Of a DNA stretch of 64,000 bases, positions 43,992 to 54,351 are shown piece by piece; positions within the stretch are counted from its first letter, which is position 1, and every line of letters starts with the position of its first letter. Origin of the DNA: Meyerozyma guilliermondii (lineage: Eukaryota); contig CP128815.1 of assembly GCA_051546255.1 (NCBI GenBank), forward strand, positions 1,860,001 to 1,924,000, given 5' to 3'. The translations under genes and the position numbers were made by a program. The notes beneath the pieces were generated by a model. The model was not told where the DNA came from and made no database searches. It was given only the letters and a program-made list of their open reading frames with translations.

Positions 43992-44143
43992 CTTCAGCCA
44001 TTCCTTCAGCCAAATGTCTTATCACCGTCTCATTCGTACATCTTTCTTCATTCATACGGCTAGCCGTATTCATTCAATTGTCCTCAGCTCTCGTAATTTG
44101 TACAACTGTCCTCAGCATCCTGTCAGCGCAAGCGCTGCCAGAA

Positions 44144-45052
44144 TTATTCAATATCATTGATGCTTGCATCTAACAACGCCCGGAGCCCCGAAAGGTCCAC
44201 GCCGTTTTTGTCTATAGTTTCTTTGATCACCGCCTTGAACCGGCTGACAAGCGTCTCGTAACGTTGTACTGTTCTGTTCGACGACTCGAGGAGCTTTTCG
44301 TATTTCGAAATACTGTCCTGAAGCTGCTGCTGGGCCTGTTTTTTCCGCTGGCGACATTTGGAAGCGGCGACCCGATTTCTCTCCAAAAGCCGTTCTCTTT
44401 TCCACGCTGCTGTTCCGGGGATGGGGCCGTCGTTGGGGTTGTAGATTACCTCGTTGTTGTAGATGAGCTGGTGGTTTGGCGGAGGAACTCCAGCGGCACT
44501 TATGGGAGTAGATCCATCTTCCGGCGTAGACTGGTGTAGATCCGGATTTAAACCTGGTTTTTCTCCTGGACCCGCGCTGCCTGGTCTACCTAATGGGAGC
44601 CTGGCGTCAGCAATGTCGTTGCGGGTATCCATGAACGCTTCATGGTTTGTGATCTGGCCGATTTGTCCGTTGGAGATAGAGAGCCGTTTACGGCGTGGAA
44701 CCCCGTCGCTGGAGTTGTACGACAACATCATGGTGGAGTCAAAGATGGGCGGGTTTGTTATCGGGTAAGAGTTGAAGTCAAACGGATTATGGTATGGTAA
44801 TGAAAACTGGGGCGGAAGAGTCTGGGATGGAACTTGGGCTTGAGGTTCGAGCGGATAACTTTGGGAAGGATCGGAAATGGAGTCGAGGTTGCGATTTGGG
44901 GGTTTTTGTGGTCTTGTATTTGAAGGTATTTGGGATCTTTGACCATTAATTTTATCCGGTTTGTTTGTAAAGAGATCGAGTTGCTGGTGCTCCTCCGCTG
45001 ATTGCGGAGGGTGGAAAGCCATTTTGGACATGTTTTTCACCACAAAATTCAT
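44144..45052 (-). CDS. RCA1: ATF/CREB bZIP factor, Aca1/Cst6 (Candida Rca1) orthologue; start could be 45052, 45031 or 45022
   Basis: RRKRLSISNGQIGQI, PIPGTAAWKRERLLERNRVAASKCRQRKK plus zipper. Confidence 0.8.
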   Translation of the reverse strand: MNFVVKNMSKMAFHPPQSAEEHQQLDLFTNKPDKINGQRSQIPSNTRPQKPPNRNLDSISDPSQSYPLEPQAQVPSQTLPPQFSLPYHNPFDFNSYPITNPPIFDSTMMLSYNSSDGVPRRKRLSISNGQIGQITNHEAFMDTRNDIADARLPLGRPGSAGPGEKPGLNPDLHQSTPEDGSTPISAAGVPPPNHQLIYNNEVIYNPNDGPIPGTAAWKRERLLERNRVAASKCRQRKKQAQQQLQDSISKYEKLLESSNRTVQRYETLVSRFKAVIKETIDKNGVDLSGLRALLDASINDIE

Positions 45053-46198
45053 ATGGAGGTGTTTCAAAACACCGATGCAAAATTGCACTAATTTATATAG
45101 TGATCACGAAAATGCACAAAAACAAGCTGAATGTGATAATACCGTAATAAACCCGGGGTTGTATCCAAATCTGGAGGATTTTAGGGAGTGCAAGCCGATT
45201 TGAATCACAGGCTGGGGAGGGGGGAAAATAAAATAACCAATGACCAAACGATGATAGAAAATTATTTGAAAACGCGCCCAGGGCAGATAACCAAGCTTAG
45301 GACAGGGGTACGTTAATATGCTTTGGAAACAATCGGGTGGCGTTTTTTGTGGTGCGCCTTCCAAGTTTCTTCTCCTTTCGCCAAAATATTTTCGAAATGA
45401 TATGTGCGGATATTAAGTGAGTGCGGCCAATGGTTACGAATTACTGACAAATACGGATGCGACACCTATTTGGGAGTCGGGGTGGCCAACGGTGCTTTCT
45501 TAGCATGCATATTAGCTGATGAATAAGCTACACAAACTATATGCATTAGCCTAAGATGGGTGAGAAAGAGTGGTTGCATCTTTTGGGTTACGAATCTCAC
45601 ATAAGTTATACGACCTTTTCATGCGGACCCGATTGCCCAAAACGCAGGGCCGGAATGTGGAAGTGTCTGCAGTCTCCGACAGACCCTGACAATGCACGGC
45701 GGGTATTGTGAGCCCGGTGAAATTCAGTTTCAGTTCCAGCGAGGGGACAATGCAATGTGCCACAGGATGGGTTAGTTGGGGTCAAATAATATATGCATGG
45801 AGCGGCCATTTACCATTTGCGCGATGAATATTTTCGGCCCGGTCCGAAATGAAGCATGCGGGGGCCTGCAACCTATGCATACCTTGCGCATTCATACGTA
45901 GGCTAATCGTAGCCATGCAGAGCATGCAGTCATGGCGCAGCTGTAGTGCAGCTTTAGCGAGGTTGGAGTCACCATACTCGGAAAAAAAATATGCCGTATA
46001 TCCGTCGCTTCGCGTCTCTGCTTCCAGCCTCTCCCCCGGAATGGTATGCTGCATCAGCCTGCTCCATCTGCGTCCATGGTATGCTGCGTAACTGCATTAC
46101 GAAGCCATTGCTTGCTTTTCAACTGATTGTACCTTCTTCACTGTTAGTTTGCATCCGTACACCGTTCACCTTTCTCATTTTCATTTGTAGCCGCGTGT

Positions 46199-46597
46199 AT
46201 GGCAACCGCCTGCGATTACATTGTAGAATATCAACGAGGATTCAAATTCTTTGGAATTCCTCTTTATTCACAACGTTCTCTCATCCCGTTTGCTGATCCT
46301 TCAGAGTTTGAAACTCTTGGCGGTCGCAAACTTTTACTAAGTTATGGTAGCATACAAAACTATCCACTTCCTGACCTAGATTGGAATTGGGACTGGGAAC
46401 GTTGGTATGTTTTAATGACCGACTCGGTGGACGACCAGGGCTGGATGTACGCTGGGTGGTCAGGATGGTCGTCAAAGTACCGATTGGGAACGGGAATTCG
46501 TCGCCGAATATGGGTGCGTCGCCGCCGGCGGGGTTCAGCTGCCGACAGCACATCCACTGCGTCGCTTTTGGCTGATGCCGGCCAGACAAACAAGTGA
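46199..46597 (+). CDS. SPO73: Dysferlin-domain prospore membrane protein
   Basis: IVEYQRG..FFGIPLYS, YPLPDLDWNWDW..W, DVDDQGWMY-like motif, IRRRIWVR; divergent from ACA1-like gene as in S. cerevisiae. Confidence 0.85.
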   Translation: MATACDYIVEYQRGFKFFGIPLYSQRSLIPFADPSEFETLGGRKLLLSYGSIQNYPLPDLDWNWDWERWYVLMTDSVDDQGWMYAGWSGWSSKYRLGTGIRRRIWVRRRRRGSAADSTSTASLLADAGQTNK

Positions 46598-46723
46598 CCA
46601 CGATAAGAAGGCCATTTCCGGAATGGACCCTTTCTGCAAATGGACCCTCCGGGAGTAGGACCCTCGGTTCTGGTGCGAGGGTCCTGCGGCTTGTGCGTGT
46701 TGCAAACATGCATGTTGCAAACG

Positions 46724-46797
46724 CGCTGCTGCGCTGTTGCGCTGCTGCGCTGTTGCGCTGTTGCGCTGTTGCGCTGTTGCGCTGTTGTGCTGTTGCA
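46724..46797. repeat. About 9 tandem copies of the 8-mer GCTGTTGC
   Basis: Read directly; about 65 nt upstream of TATAAAA (46864-46870). Confidence 0.9.
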
Positions 46798-46892
46798 GTT
46801 TACTCTTATTGCTTCTTGGAACTGCTGCTGCTGCTTTTCTGCTGTTGCTTTTGCGCTTGCCACTATAAAAGCAGCCATTTTCCTCCCTCTTC

Positions 46893-47732
46893 ATGCTTTC
46901 AGATAAAGATTTGGCATTGGCAATTTTCATCGTTCGAGCCGCAAAAACTCACCACATTCCGCCCCACGATTATGCTCGTGTTATCATAGATTTACATCAT
47001 TATCGCCAATACAGTGATGACATCATCTTACGTAGAATCACTCCAGCAAAAACCCACATTTTTCTAGGCGCCTACTTGAGATTGTCACGATATGTATTTC
47101 TCGATTTGAACCCGGAATTGTGCTTTACCAGCTTGCCACAAACGATTTTTCACCGATTTAAAATGACAGGTCTATTTTTGAACTGGATGCGAATCGTTGA
47201 CAGTTTGGAATACTCGCTAGCCGCTTCTTGTATTCTGGAATCCCACCAACAACGTGCCCACATTTTAAACATGTACTCGTTGTCATTGTCAAAAATCACC
47301 AACCAAAACCACTTGGAACGAGTGGTTCGTCGAATGCATCAACGCTCATTGACCGGAATTCTCCGACTTTCAATCTTTAGCCATACCAAAGTTTTCTCCG
47401 AGAACTCTCGTGTCACGAAGCAAGCATTGCAAACGCTTGCCCGGAAACAAAAGAATACTCGTCTTGAAAAAAAACTTTGGACTTTGGCACCATTTCTTGG
47501 TCAAAACAAACCTTTTAAATTAAGTGATTGGACCCATTTGATCCCCAAAATCTACTCAGAACAAGCCATGTTGCAGTTCTTGCGGGTATTAATCCTATCA
47601 TCAGAAGTAAATCCGGTCCCAATTGACCATAAAAGTGCTATATTGTGTGTTTTGCTTGTCTCAAATAACCCAAACTTCATTCAAGAAGCTTACGGCTTGA
47701 TGAATTCGATTGCTTTTTTGGAAAAAACGTAA
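46893..47732 (+). CDS. 279-aa helical protein; candidate diverged Mei4/Rec24 meiotic DSB factor
   Basis: TATA upstream; N-terminal DLALAIFIVRAAK...PHDYARVI resembles the Mei4 N-terminal signature; ACA1-SPO73 neighbourhood; 3' end overlaps CRD1. Confidence 0.5.
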   Translation: MLSDKDLALAIFIVRAAKTHHIPPHDYARVIIDLHHYRQYSDDIILRRITPAKTHIFLGAYLRLSRYVFLDLNPELCFTSLPQTIFHRFKMTGLFLNWMRIVDSLEYSLAASCILESHQQRAHILNMYSLSLSKITNQNHLERVVRRMHQRSLTGILRLSIFSHTKVFSENSRVTKQALQTLARKQKNTRLEKKLWTLAPFLGQNKPFKLSDWTHLIPKIYSEQAMLQFLRVLILSSEVNPVPIDHKSAILCVLLVSNNPNFIQEAYGLMNSIAFLEKT

Positions 47733-48577
47733 TAGAGTCCACTGAAAAATGTGGTTACGGCGACTACCATACCCAACGCATCAATTCCAGAAGAAAGCAA
47801 AATCGCATGGTCGCTGCTAAGCAAAGTAGCTACACCGGGCTGGATCACAAGTCCTCCAATATAAAACATTTGCAAGGCAGTATTCACCTTGGAGAGCATA
47901 TTGGGATGCACACTGACGGAAACAATCGACATATCCAAGTACCTGCTGATGGTTTTGGGTGGTGGAAGCGAGATGTACCGATAATAAAACCCCATGAAAC
48001 TGAGCATAACGTCTCGTCCTATAATCAAAAATGCCAAATAAGCTGGCATGATCAGTGAGTACCAGAGTGAAACCGTACACACCGTCATCAAGAGCTTGTC
48101 TGCCATTGGATCAATAATGGATCCTACCTTCGATTGCATGTTAAACCGTCGTGCTATAAATCCATCTACGAGGTCCGTGATACAAGAATAAGCAAAGATT
48201 CCTATGGCTGTCAAGGGCTGGCCTTGAATGATGTAGTAGCCCACAAATGGTGCACTGATAATTCTTGTGAATGTCAAAACGTTTGGAAGAGTGTATATGT
48301 TTTCGGTGATGGAACTATGTGCTGGTTTTATTTCAGCTTTGGTCTCGGGGTCACTGCTTTGCTCTTCTGACTTGAAGCTCAGCTTCTTCAATTGTTCATC
48401 GAATGTTTGTTCCGGTATGCTTGGCTTGCTTGCTTTCTGGTTTCGTTTTGAGGATACATGGAGCAATGACGCCAAAGCTGGACGGCCGAAAACGAGTCTC
48501 GACCGAAGGTTTGAGGTGGTAATTCGGCTAGCAAGAGGACGTACTAGCCGTACATTGTGCAACAGGTGAAGAAACAT
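47690..48577 (-). CDS. CRD1: Cardiolipin synthase
   Basis: Basic mitochondrial presequence, ENIYTLPNVLTFTRI, TDLVDGFIARRFN..GSIIDPMADK, SKVNTALQM. Confidence 0.93.
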   Translation of the reverse strand: MFLHLLHNVRLVRPLASRITTSNLRSRLVFGRPALASLLHVSSKRNQKASKPSIPEQTFDEQLKKLSFKSEEQSSDPETKAEIKPAHSSITENIYTLPNVLTFTRIISAPFVGYYIIQGQPLTAIGIFAYSCITDLVDGFIARRFNMQSKVGSIIDPMADKLLMTVCTVSLWYSLIMPAYLAFLIIGRDVMLSFMGFYYRYISLPPPKTISRYLDMSIVSVSVHPNMLSKVNTALQMFYIGGLVIQPGVATLLSSDHAILLSSGIDALGMVVAVTTFFSGLYYVFSKKAIEFIKP

Positions 48578-48664
48578 ACACCTGAATTTCAAGTCTTGTG
48601 CCAAAAAGGTTCAACATCAATACACCACGGGAATGGAACCTCTACTGTACATTATTAGATACTT

Positions 48665-49866
48665 CTACGTGGAAAGTGGCTCACCGGTTTTGCTGATTAG
48701 TGATTCAGACGTTTCCTGTGGTCCCAAACCAACCAGGGTCAAAATCAATTTGGAAACCCCCTTGTGAATATTTTCATCGGCTGCAATATCCACCGTTTCC
48801 AACTTGCTTGTGTCAACTTTGTCCCACCCAGGAATCAGGCTGAAATGCTTGTGAATGAGTCCTAGCACTTTGCTCTCATTCTGTTGCTCATAGTAAATGA
48901 CGGCGTTTGGTCCCGCATCAAAGGTGTACGCAGCAATGATTTTTCCTTCTGCATCGTTCAATTGGTGAACTAATTTGATGATTTTCTTTGAGGTGTCGGT
49001 CAAATAAAAGATTGGTGGGTAAGAGTCAAGACAAACAGCGTGGAACGAGTTTGAATCTTGCATAGTGAGTTTCCCAAACACCTCAAAATTCTTATCGTGG
49101 ATCGACTTTTTCATCTCCTCAAATCTTGCAGGCACAACATTTTTGATTCTGTGCTCGAATAAGTCGGAAGTTGCAACCGTTGTCTGCATTCCTGATGTCG
49201 ATGGAGTGTCTTTTTTGTCGTCGCTCACCACCAAAATTGCAGCCTTCATCGTTGGCCAATGACTGACAGGTGCCACTTCTACCGCCTTGGAGTCTTCTCC
49301 ATTCTCCAAGTCACCCATTTCCCAGGCAACGTAGCCTCCGAAAAGCGAACGGCATGCAGATCCAGAGCCTTTTCTGGCAATCTTTGAAATCTCCGACATG
49401 TCTTGGGGCAACTTGAATAATTTAGCAATGGCTACAACCAACGCAGCGAACCCAGCAGCGGAAGATGCCAACCCAGCAGCAGTCGGAAAGTTGTTTTCCG
49501 ACACAATGTGCAATTTCCACTTGGAAAGTTGGGGTAAACTAGGGTCAGTACCCTCCATCTCTGCCCGTAATTTTCTCAAGTCAGCCAAGCATGCTTTTGT
49601 TCTTTCTGATGTCAAGCTTTCTGGCTTTCCATTGAGCCAAAGAATATCTTCCTTGTATTCGTCGGACGTTGCTACAGAAGTAAGAGTCCGTAAATCGTCC
49701 TGGGACAACGTGACGGAGATGGATGAATTGGTTGGTAAATTGAGAGACTTATCACGTTTTCCCCAGTATTTGAGTGTCTGTGTTAGTAAGGATTGCAATG
49801 CAAAGTGAAACACAAACGTACCGCAATATTTACTGGCGCGGTGGCCGAGGCAGTGTAGAACGACAT
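48665..49866 (-). CDS. MVD1: Diphosphomevalonate decarboxylase; exons 49866-49822 and 49777-48665
   Basis: Spliced ASATAPVNIA-TLKYWGKRD; NNFPTAAGLASSAAG, ARKGSGSACRSLFGG, AYTFDAGPNA. Confidence 0.96.
49778..49821 (-). other. 44-nt spliceosomal intron in MVD1
   Basis: GTACGT donor, TACTAAC branch point, CAG acceptor; removal restores the conserved PVNIATLKYWG. Confidence 0.93.
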
Positions 49867-49972
49867 GAGGTGGTTAAACGAGGTTTCGCGATAGTTGGCG
49901 AGGAAAATTTCCACACGGCGCCGCGCTTTGTGTCACTTTTTCTATTATAGTACATATGGGTTGGTTAAGGAA

Positions 49973-51682
49973 TTATTGTTTTCTGGTCCATTTCCATATT
50001 CTGGCTTTACAGTCTCCACTTCCAGTGGCAAAGATACCTTCGGTTCCATTGGAGTTCAAAGATACCGCAACAGAGATCACCGAGTTACGGTGGCCTTGCA
50101 ACATCAATAATGGGTTACCAGAGAGTTGATCCCAGAACACAACTCCACGATCCTTGGATCCCGACAAGATAAATTCGTTATTGAGGGTCGAACAAACAGA
50201 CAACACAAAGTCTTTGTGGCCAACATAGGTGACTTCGCAAGTGGTTCTCTTTCCGCCTGGCGAGTTCATCTCCTGCTTACCTTCCAAGTTCCACAACTTG
50301 ATGGTTCTATCCAACGCACCGGATGCAATTTGCTTGCCGTCGTTCGAAAACACAACGGAGTAAACCGAGTCTTTGTGACCGTTGCCGTTTTCAATTCCGG
50401 AGTCCAATCTTTCCACAAGAAATCCGGTGGTGGAATCCCAAACTCGGACAGTGTGGTCCAACGATCCGGCGGCTATCAACTGTCCGTCTGGAGACACTGC
50501 TACAGTGGTTACGCCGTCCTCAATGGACAACGTCAACGAGCATTGAGACGATCTCAAGTCCCAGATTCTCACGGTGCGGTCTCCGGAACCGGAAACCAAT
50601 CGGTTACCATCGGGAAAGAAATCCAATGAGTAGATGTCCTGTTCGTGGCCACGCAATATTTTGATGATACGTTTGGTAGTGAGGTCCCAGATTCTAATGA
50701 GCTTGTCTTCGGTTCCGGTTGCCAAGAGTTTTCCATCTGGAGAGAAACACACGGAACGAATGTACAAATCACCGTTGGAGTTGGTCGATTGCACGGTCGA
50801 GTCGTTTGCGTCGTTTTCGCCGTTTTCCTCATGGCCGCTTGTGTTGTCGTCCACAAGCTTAGCCACCAATTCTCCGGTAGCCACATTGAAGACTTGGGTA
50901 GTTTTGTTGCATCCAGTAGCGATGAACTCACCGTTTTTGGAAAATCTCACACAGCACACCACCGACGAGTGGTCCAACGAATGAACCAATTCCACATCGA
51001 GCTCGCGGCTGAAAGCCGGGTTGAACAATACGTAGTATTCTGGCTTTTGCTTCTTGAAATCGGGGTGGGCTTTGTTAACATCAAGATCACACAAGAATGG
51101 CGGGATTTCTTTGATATGGAGTGCCTTTTGCAGGGGATCCACGACATACTGGGTCTTGTCAATTACCGGGATGCCGGTCGAGGTGTCGGGAGCTTTCTGA
51201 AGAGTGGCTGGCATGGAGTTGGCGACAGCTGAAACTGGAGGAATTGACGTCTCGGTGGTGACACCAGTGTGGGTGTCTTTGTCTTTTTTGCCCTCCTTTT
51301 TGAGAGGAGCAGGGAGAGGCAGGTGCTGGTTACCCTGGTGGCCAATATAGGAGAAGGGAGCGCCGTTAGCCTTGCCTGGAATCTGTTGACGATCGCGATT
51401 CTCCAACTCTGTTTTCAAACGCAAAATTTCTTCTTCGTAAGCCTCTTTGATTTTACGGTGAGCCATCTCGAGTTCGAACACGGTCTGACGAATCTGTTGC
51501 ATTTCTGCCGTTTGTTGATTGTATTTGAGGTCATAATCCTCTTTGACTTGTTTAAAGTTGGACGCCTCGTTTAAGGCAAAATCGAATTCTTGCTTGACAG
51601 CTTCCAACAACTCACCTAATCGTTGCTGGTGCTGCTGCCGTTGCTGCTGCTGGGCAACATTACCCGATGCGTACACAGACAT
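49973..51682 (-). CDS. TUP1: General transcriptional corepressor, WD40
   Basis: Tup_N helix ([21 protein letters not shown]), [49 protein letters not shown]. Confidence 0.97.
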   Translation of the reverse strand: MSVYASGNVAQQQQRQQHQQRLGELLEAVKQEFDFALNEASNFKQVKEDYDLKYNQQTAEMQQIRQTVFELEMAHRKIKEAYEEEILRLKTELENRDRQQIPGKANGAPFSYIGHQGNQHLPLPAPLKKEGKKDKDTHTGVTTETSIPPVSAVANSMPATLQKAPDTSTGIPVIDKTQYVVDPLQKALHIKEIPPFLCDLDVNKAHPDFKKQKPEYYVLFNPAFSRELDVELVHSLDHSSVVCCVRFSKNGEFIATGCNKTTQVFNVATGELVAKLVDDNTSGHEENGENDANDSTVQSTNSNGDLYIRSVCFSPDGKLLATGTEDKLIRIWDLTTKRIIKILRGHEQDIYSLDFFPDGNRLVSGSGDRTVRIWDLRSSQCSLTLSIEDGVTTVAVSPDGQLIAAGSLDHTVRVWDSTTGFLVERLDSGIENGNGHKDSVYSVVFSNDGKQIASGALDRTIKLWNLEGKQEMNSPGGKRTTCEVTYVGHKDFVLSVCSTLNNEFILSGSKDRGVVFWDQLSGNPLLMLQGHRNSVISVAVSLNSNGTEGIFATGSGDCKARIWKWTRKQ

Positions 51683-52328
51683 GGTTAAAAATCACGGGAG
51701 AACAATTTCTTTTAATGGGAACGCTGGCGAAAAAAATCACAACGTTTCCTGCAGGTGGGCTCAGAAGGTTCCAGGGACAAAATTCAGGGAGTAGATGAAG
51801 CGATTTACGAAGCGATTTGGCCACGTATTTCGGGATGTTTTGTTTGCGATTGTAAGGGAAATTTAGTGTTTGAATCGGATGATTCGGAAATTCTTTTCTC
51901 TTATTTTAGTTATGACAGGGCGCGGCAAATTGGTGACGCAATCTGATGCAAAAAGCTTAAGCGAATATTGTCAAACAATGACAAAAAGGTCAACTTTAGT
52001 TTTTCAAAATTTTAAGATTGCAACGGATGCGGCAAATTTCAAGGAATTCGCGCCTTCTTGTAGTTGGCATTTCATGAGCCACTCCCTGGACGCCTATCGA
52101 ATGGGGAAAGTGGGGGTGTGAGAAACATGGGGTGCTGTGCACGTGCCGCCTGTGCAGGCGGTTCGCACCCCCGGAATAGCAACGCACCGGTGCAGTGACG
52201 TGCGAGAAGATCCGATCACCGGATGCACCCGCGGCGCCACCAACTTTTGGCGCAGTATGCAGGTGTGCATCCAACCACTCTGACCTTGTAGCGTCATGCA
52301 GGCACCACTGTAATCACAACTACCAACT

Positions 52329-52706
52329 ATGGCTAATTTAGGGAACCGTGTCTTTCGCGGAAAGAAAGAGCAGGAAGCGTACAATCGCACTTTTGCAGGT
52401 CGATACCAGATCCTTTTAAAAAAGAACCATTTTGTGTTTTTTGGTTTACCCTTTCTCCTTTCTATAGTGGCGGGATCACTCTACTTGCAAAAATTCACCA
52501 GCGTTAAATGGGAACGTTACGATGAAAAGTATCGTCAATTGGGAGAAGACGAGATGTTATCTATGATTGAAAGACGGCGTCCAGTTGACAAAAAAGAGGA
52601 TTATTATCGTCTTCAAGGTTTATTGAAACAACATGAAGAAGAAGTAGGTGACGATTACGAAATGGTGCGTGTAAAGAGGAAGAAGGAGGATGAACCGGTT
52701 TGGTAG
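52329..52706 (+). CDS. COX16: Cytochrome c oxidase assembly protein
   Basis: KNHFVFFGLPF TM, RRPVDKKEDYYRL, DYEMVRVKR. Confidence 0.9.
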   Translation: MANLGNRVFRGKKEQEAYNRTFAGRYQILLKKNHFVFFGLPFLLSIVAGSLYLQKFTSVKWERYDEKYRQLGEDEMLSMIERRRPVDKKEDYYRLQGLLKQHEEEVGDDYEMVRVKRKKEDEPVW

Positions 52707-52821
52707 GTAGCAAATACCGGTTATTTTCCGGTCCTATACATGTACTGATCATGGTTCATTCATGTCATGTATGCGCATTCGAGTCCCAAATTGGAACTCA
52801 TCGCGAAAATATCTCTTGACC

Positions 52822-53301
52822 ATGGTATCATTTTCGTGTGAAGTATGCAACGACACCGTATTGAAGAAGAAGCTAGATGCTCATAAGCAGCGTTGTAATG
52901 GCGCGTATTTCACATGCATCGACTGCTCGGTGACTTTCAATGGTACCGACTACCGGGGGCACACATCATGCATAAGCGAAGCGCAAAAGTACGAGAAGGG
53001 CTTGTATAAGGGCAAGAAGAAGGAACCTAAGCCGGAACCTAAGGATGTGAAGTCGGAACCTAAGCATCCTAAGTCGGAAACTAATGAGTCCAAGCCTGAA
53101 AAAGCCAAAAAGTCAGACACTAAAAAATCAGAAAAATCAAAGTCAAAGAAAGCAGACAAATCAGACTTTGTCTCCTCCAAACCACAAAGTCTCTACAAGG
53201 TTATCAAAAAGATGGAAAAGAAAGACAAGAAACACTTTCTTGAACGCATCCACGTTTTCAAAGGCGATGACGGCCAATTGAAAGTGTCGGTTAAATATTA
53301 A
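52822..53301 (+). CDS. LYAR-type C2HC zinc finger nucleolar protein (YCR087C-A-like)
   Basis: MVSFSCEVCNDTVLKKKLDAH..RC..FTCIDCS..HTSCISEAQKY; Lys-rich tail. Confidence 0.92.
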   Translation: MVSFSCEVCNDTVLKKKLDAHKQRCNGAYFTCIDCSVTFNGTDYRGHTSCISEAQKYEKGLYKGKKKEPKPEPKDVKSEPKHPKSETNESKPEKAKKSDTKKSEKSKSKKADKSDFVSSKPQSLYKVIKKMEKKDKKHFLERIHVFKGDDGQLKVSVKY

Positions 53302-53315
53302 ATGTACATATGAAG

Positions 53316-54179
53316 TCACTTTTTTTCCACTCCTTTATTCAACGCTCGTCCCATCTTGGCATAGAATTGTGCCAACGTGTTGTATGGGAACATGAGGTTA
53401 TCGCAAAAGTATTCTGGTAAAATGTTGGTCAAATGGCGAGTTCGTTGTTTAGCAGCTGCATTTCCAGCATCAATATTATCCAAAAAGGTGGGAACATAGC
53501 TTATGTCTGCCGCATGAGCGGTGTCTTTTCGTATTATAAGTCGATAGTTTACAGTTAAGCGGTTATCATCGTCATCTTCAGTCGCATTGGTAGAACTTTG
53601 GGTGATATCAAAGTAGAACGATGACGAATCTTCTTCGTAGTTGATGATTCGGAGCCCAGTAAGAAGCTCCAAGATATCAAGGGTGATACCTATCAGTTCC
53701 AACTCGCGCGAAAGTTGGTCGGCAGAAAGTCCATCATTTTCGTCCAAATTTTGACCAGTTTTTCGCCGTATTGGAGAAACGTATTTTTGTTGCAGTGTCT
53801 GTTTAACAGGGGTATTTGTAGGGGCAGCTGATTGCAATTTTATTTCAAGTAGTTCAATCTCTTCCTGTTTATTGACGAGTTCCTGTTGTGCCTTATCGAG
53901 TTGTTTTGAAAGATCTCGAATAAGAAGTTGGTCATGTTCAATTTGGGCTTCTGCTTTGGTTTTAAATTTTGTAAAAAGTTGATCCTGCGATGTGGAAGTA
54001 AGGGTATTTATAAGTTTGACAACCTCCTGCGGACTGACCGCCGATAAAATATCGTCCTCGGTTATAGTGCCGGAACTCGCAGTAAAGTCCGGTTTGGACA
54101 CCAGATCCGGGTTTGTGTGCTGCAGCAGCGACGGCGGAGTGCCCTTTTTGGTACCGGAAGTCTTACGCTTGGGAGGCAT
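53316..54179 (-). CDS. CSM1: Monopolin/cohibin subunit Csm1/Pcs1
   Basis: Coiled coil then LELLTGLRI, ISYVP, LPEYFCDNLMF..LAQFYAKM; next to the LYAR gene and near TUP1 as in S. cerevisiae. Confidence 0.8.
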   Translation of the reverse strand: MPPKRKTSGTKKGTPPSLLQHTNPDLVSKPDFTASSGTITEDDILSAVSPQEVVKLINTLTSTSQDQLFTKFKTKAEAQIEHDQLLIRDLSKQLDKAQQELVNKQEEIELLEIKLQSAAPTNTPVKQTLQQKYVSPIRRKTGQNLDENDGLSADQLSRELELIGITLDILELLTGLRIINYEEDSSSFYFDITQSSTNATEDDDDNRLTVNYRLIIRKDTAHAADISYVPTFLDNIDAGNAAAKQRTRHLTNILPEYFCDNLMFPYNTLAQFYAKMGRALNKGVEKK

Positions 54180-54351
54180 TAAGATCGATGTCAACTGCGC
54201 GTCCGAATAAACAGTGGGCTATATACCGGATATTGATCCCATCGCGCATCCTGCACCACAATTCTGCACCGCATTGCACCGCACTGCACCTGTCGCTCAA
54301 GCTCGTCCCTGCAAGTGCGCTCGAACTTACCTTCATCCGACCCGGTAATCC

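Noticed and set aside
46281..46989. Several overlapping Cys/Ala/Gln-rich ORFs
   Set aside because: Artefacts of the stop-free 8-bp repeat and SPO73 antisense
49875..49881. TAAACGA (Upc2-type sterol element) before MVD1
   Set aside because: Only about 9 nt from the ATG, so probably within the 5' UTR; could be chance
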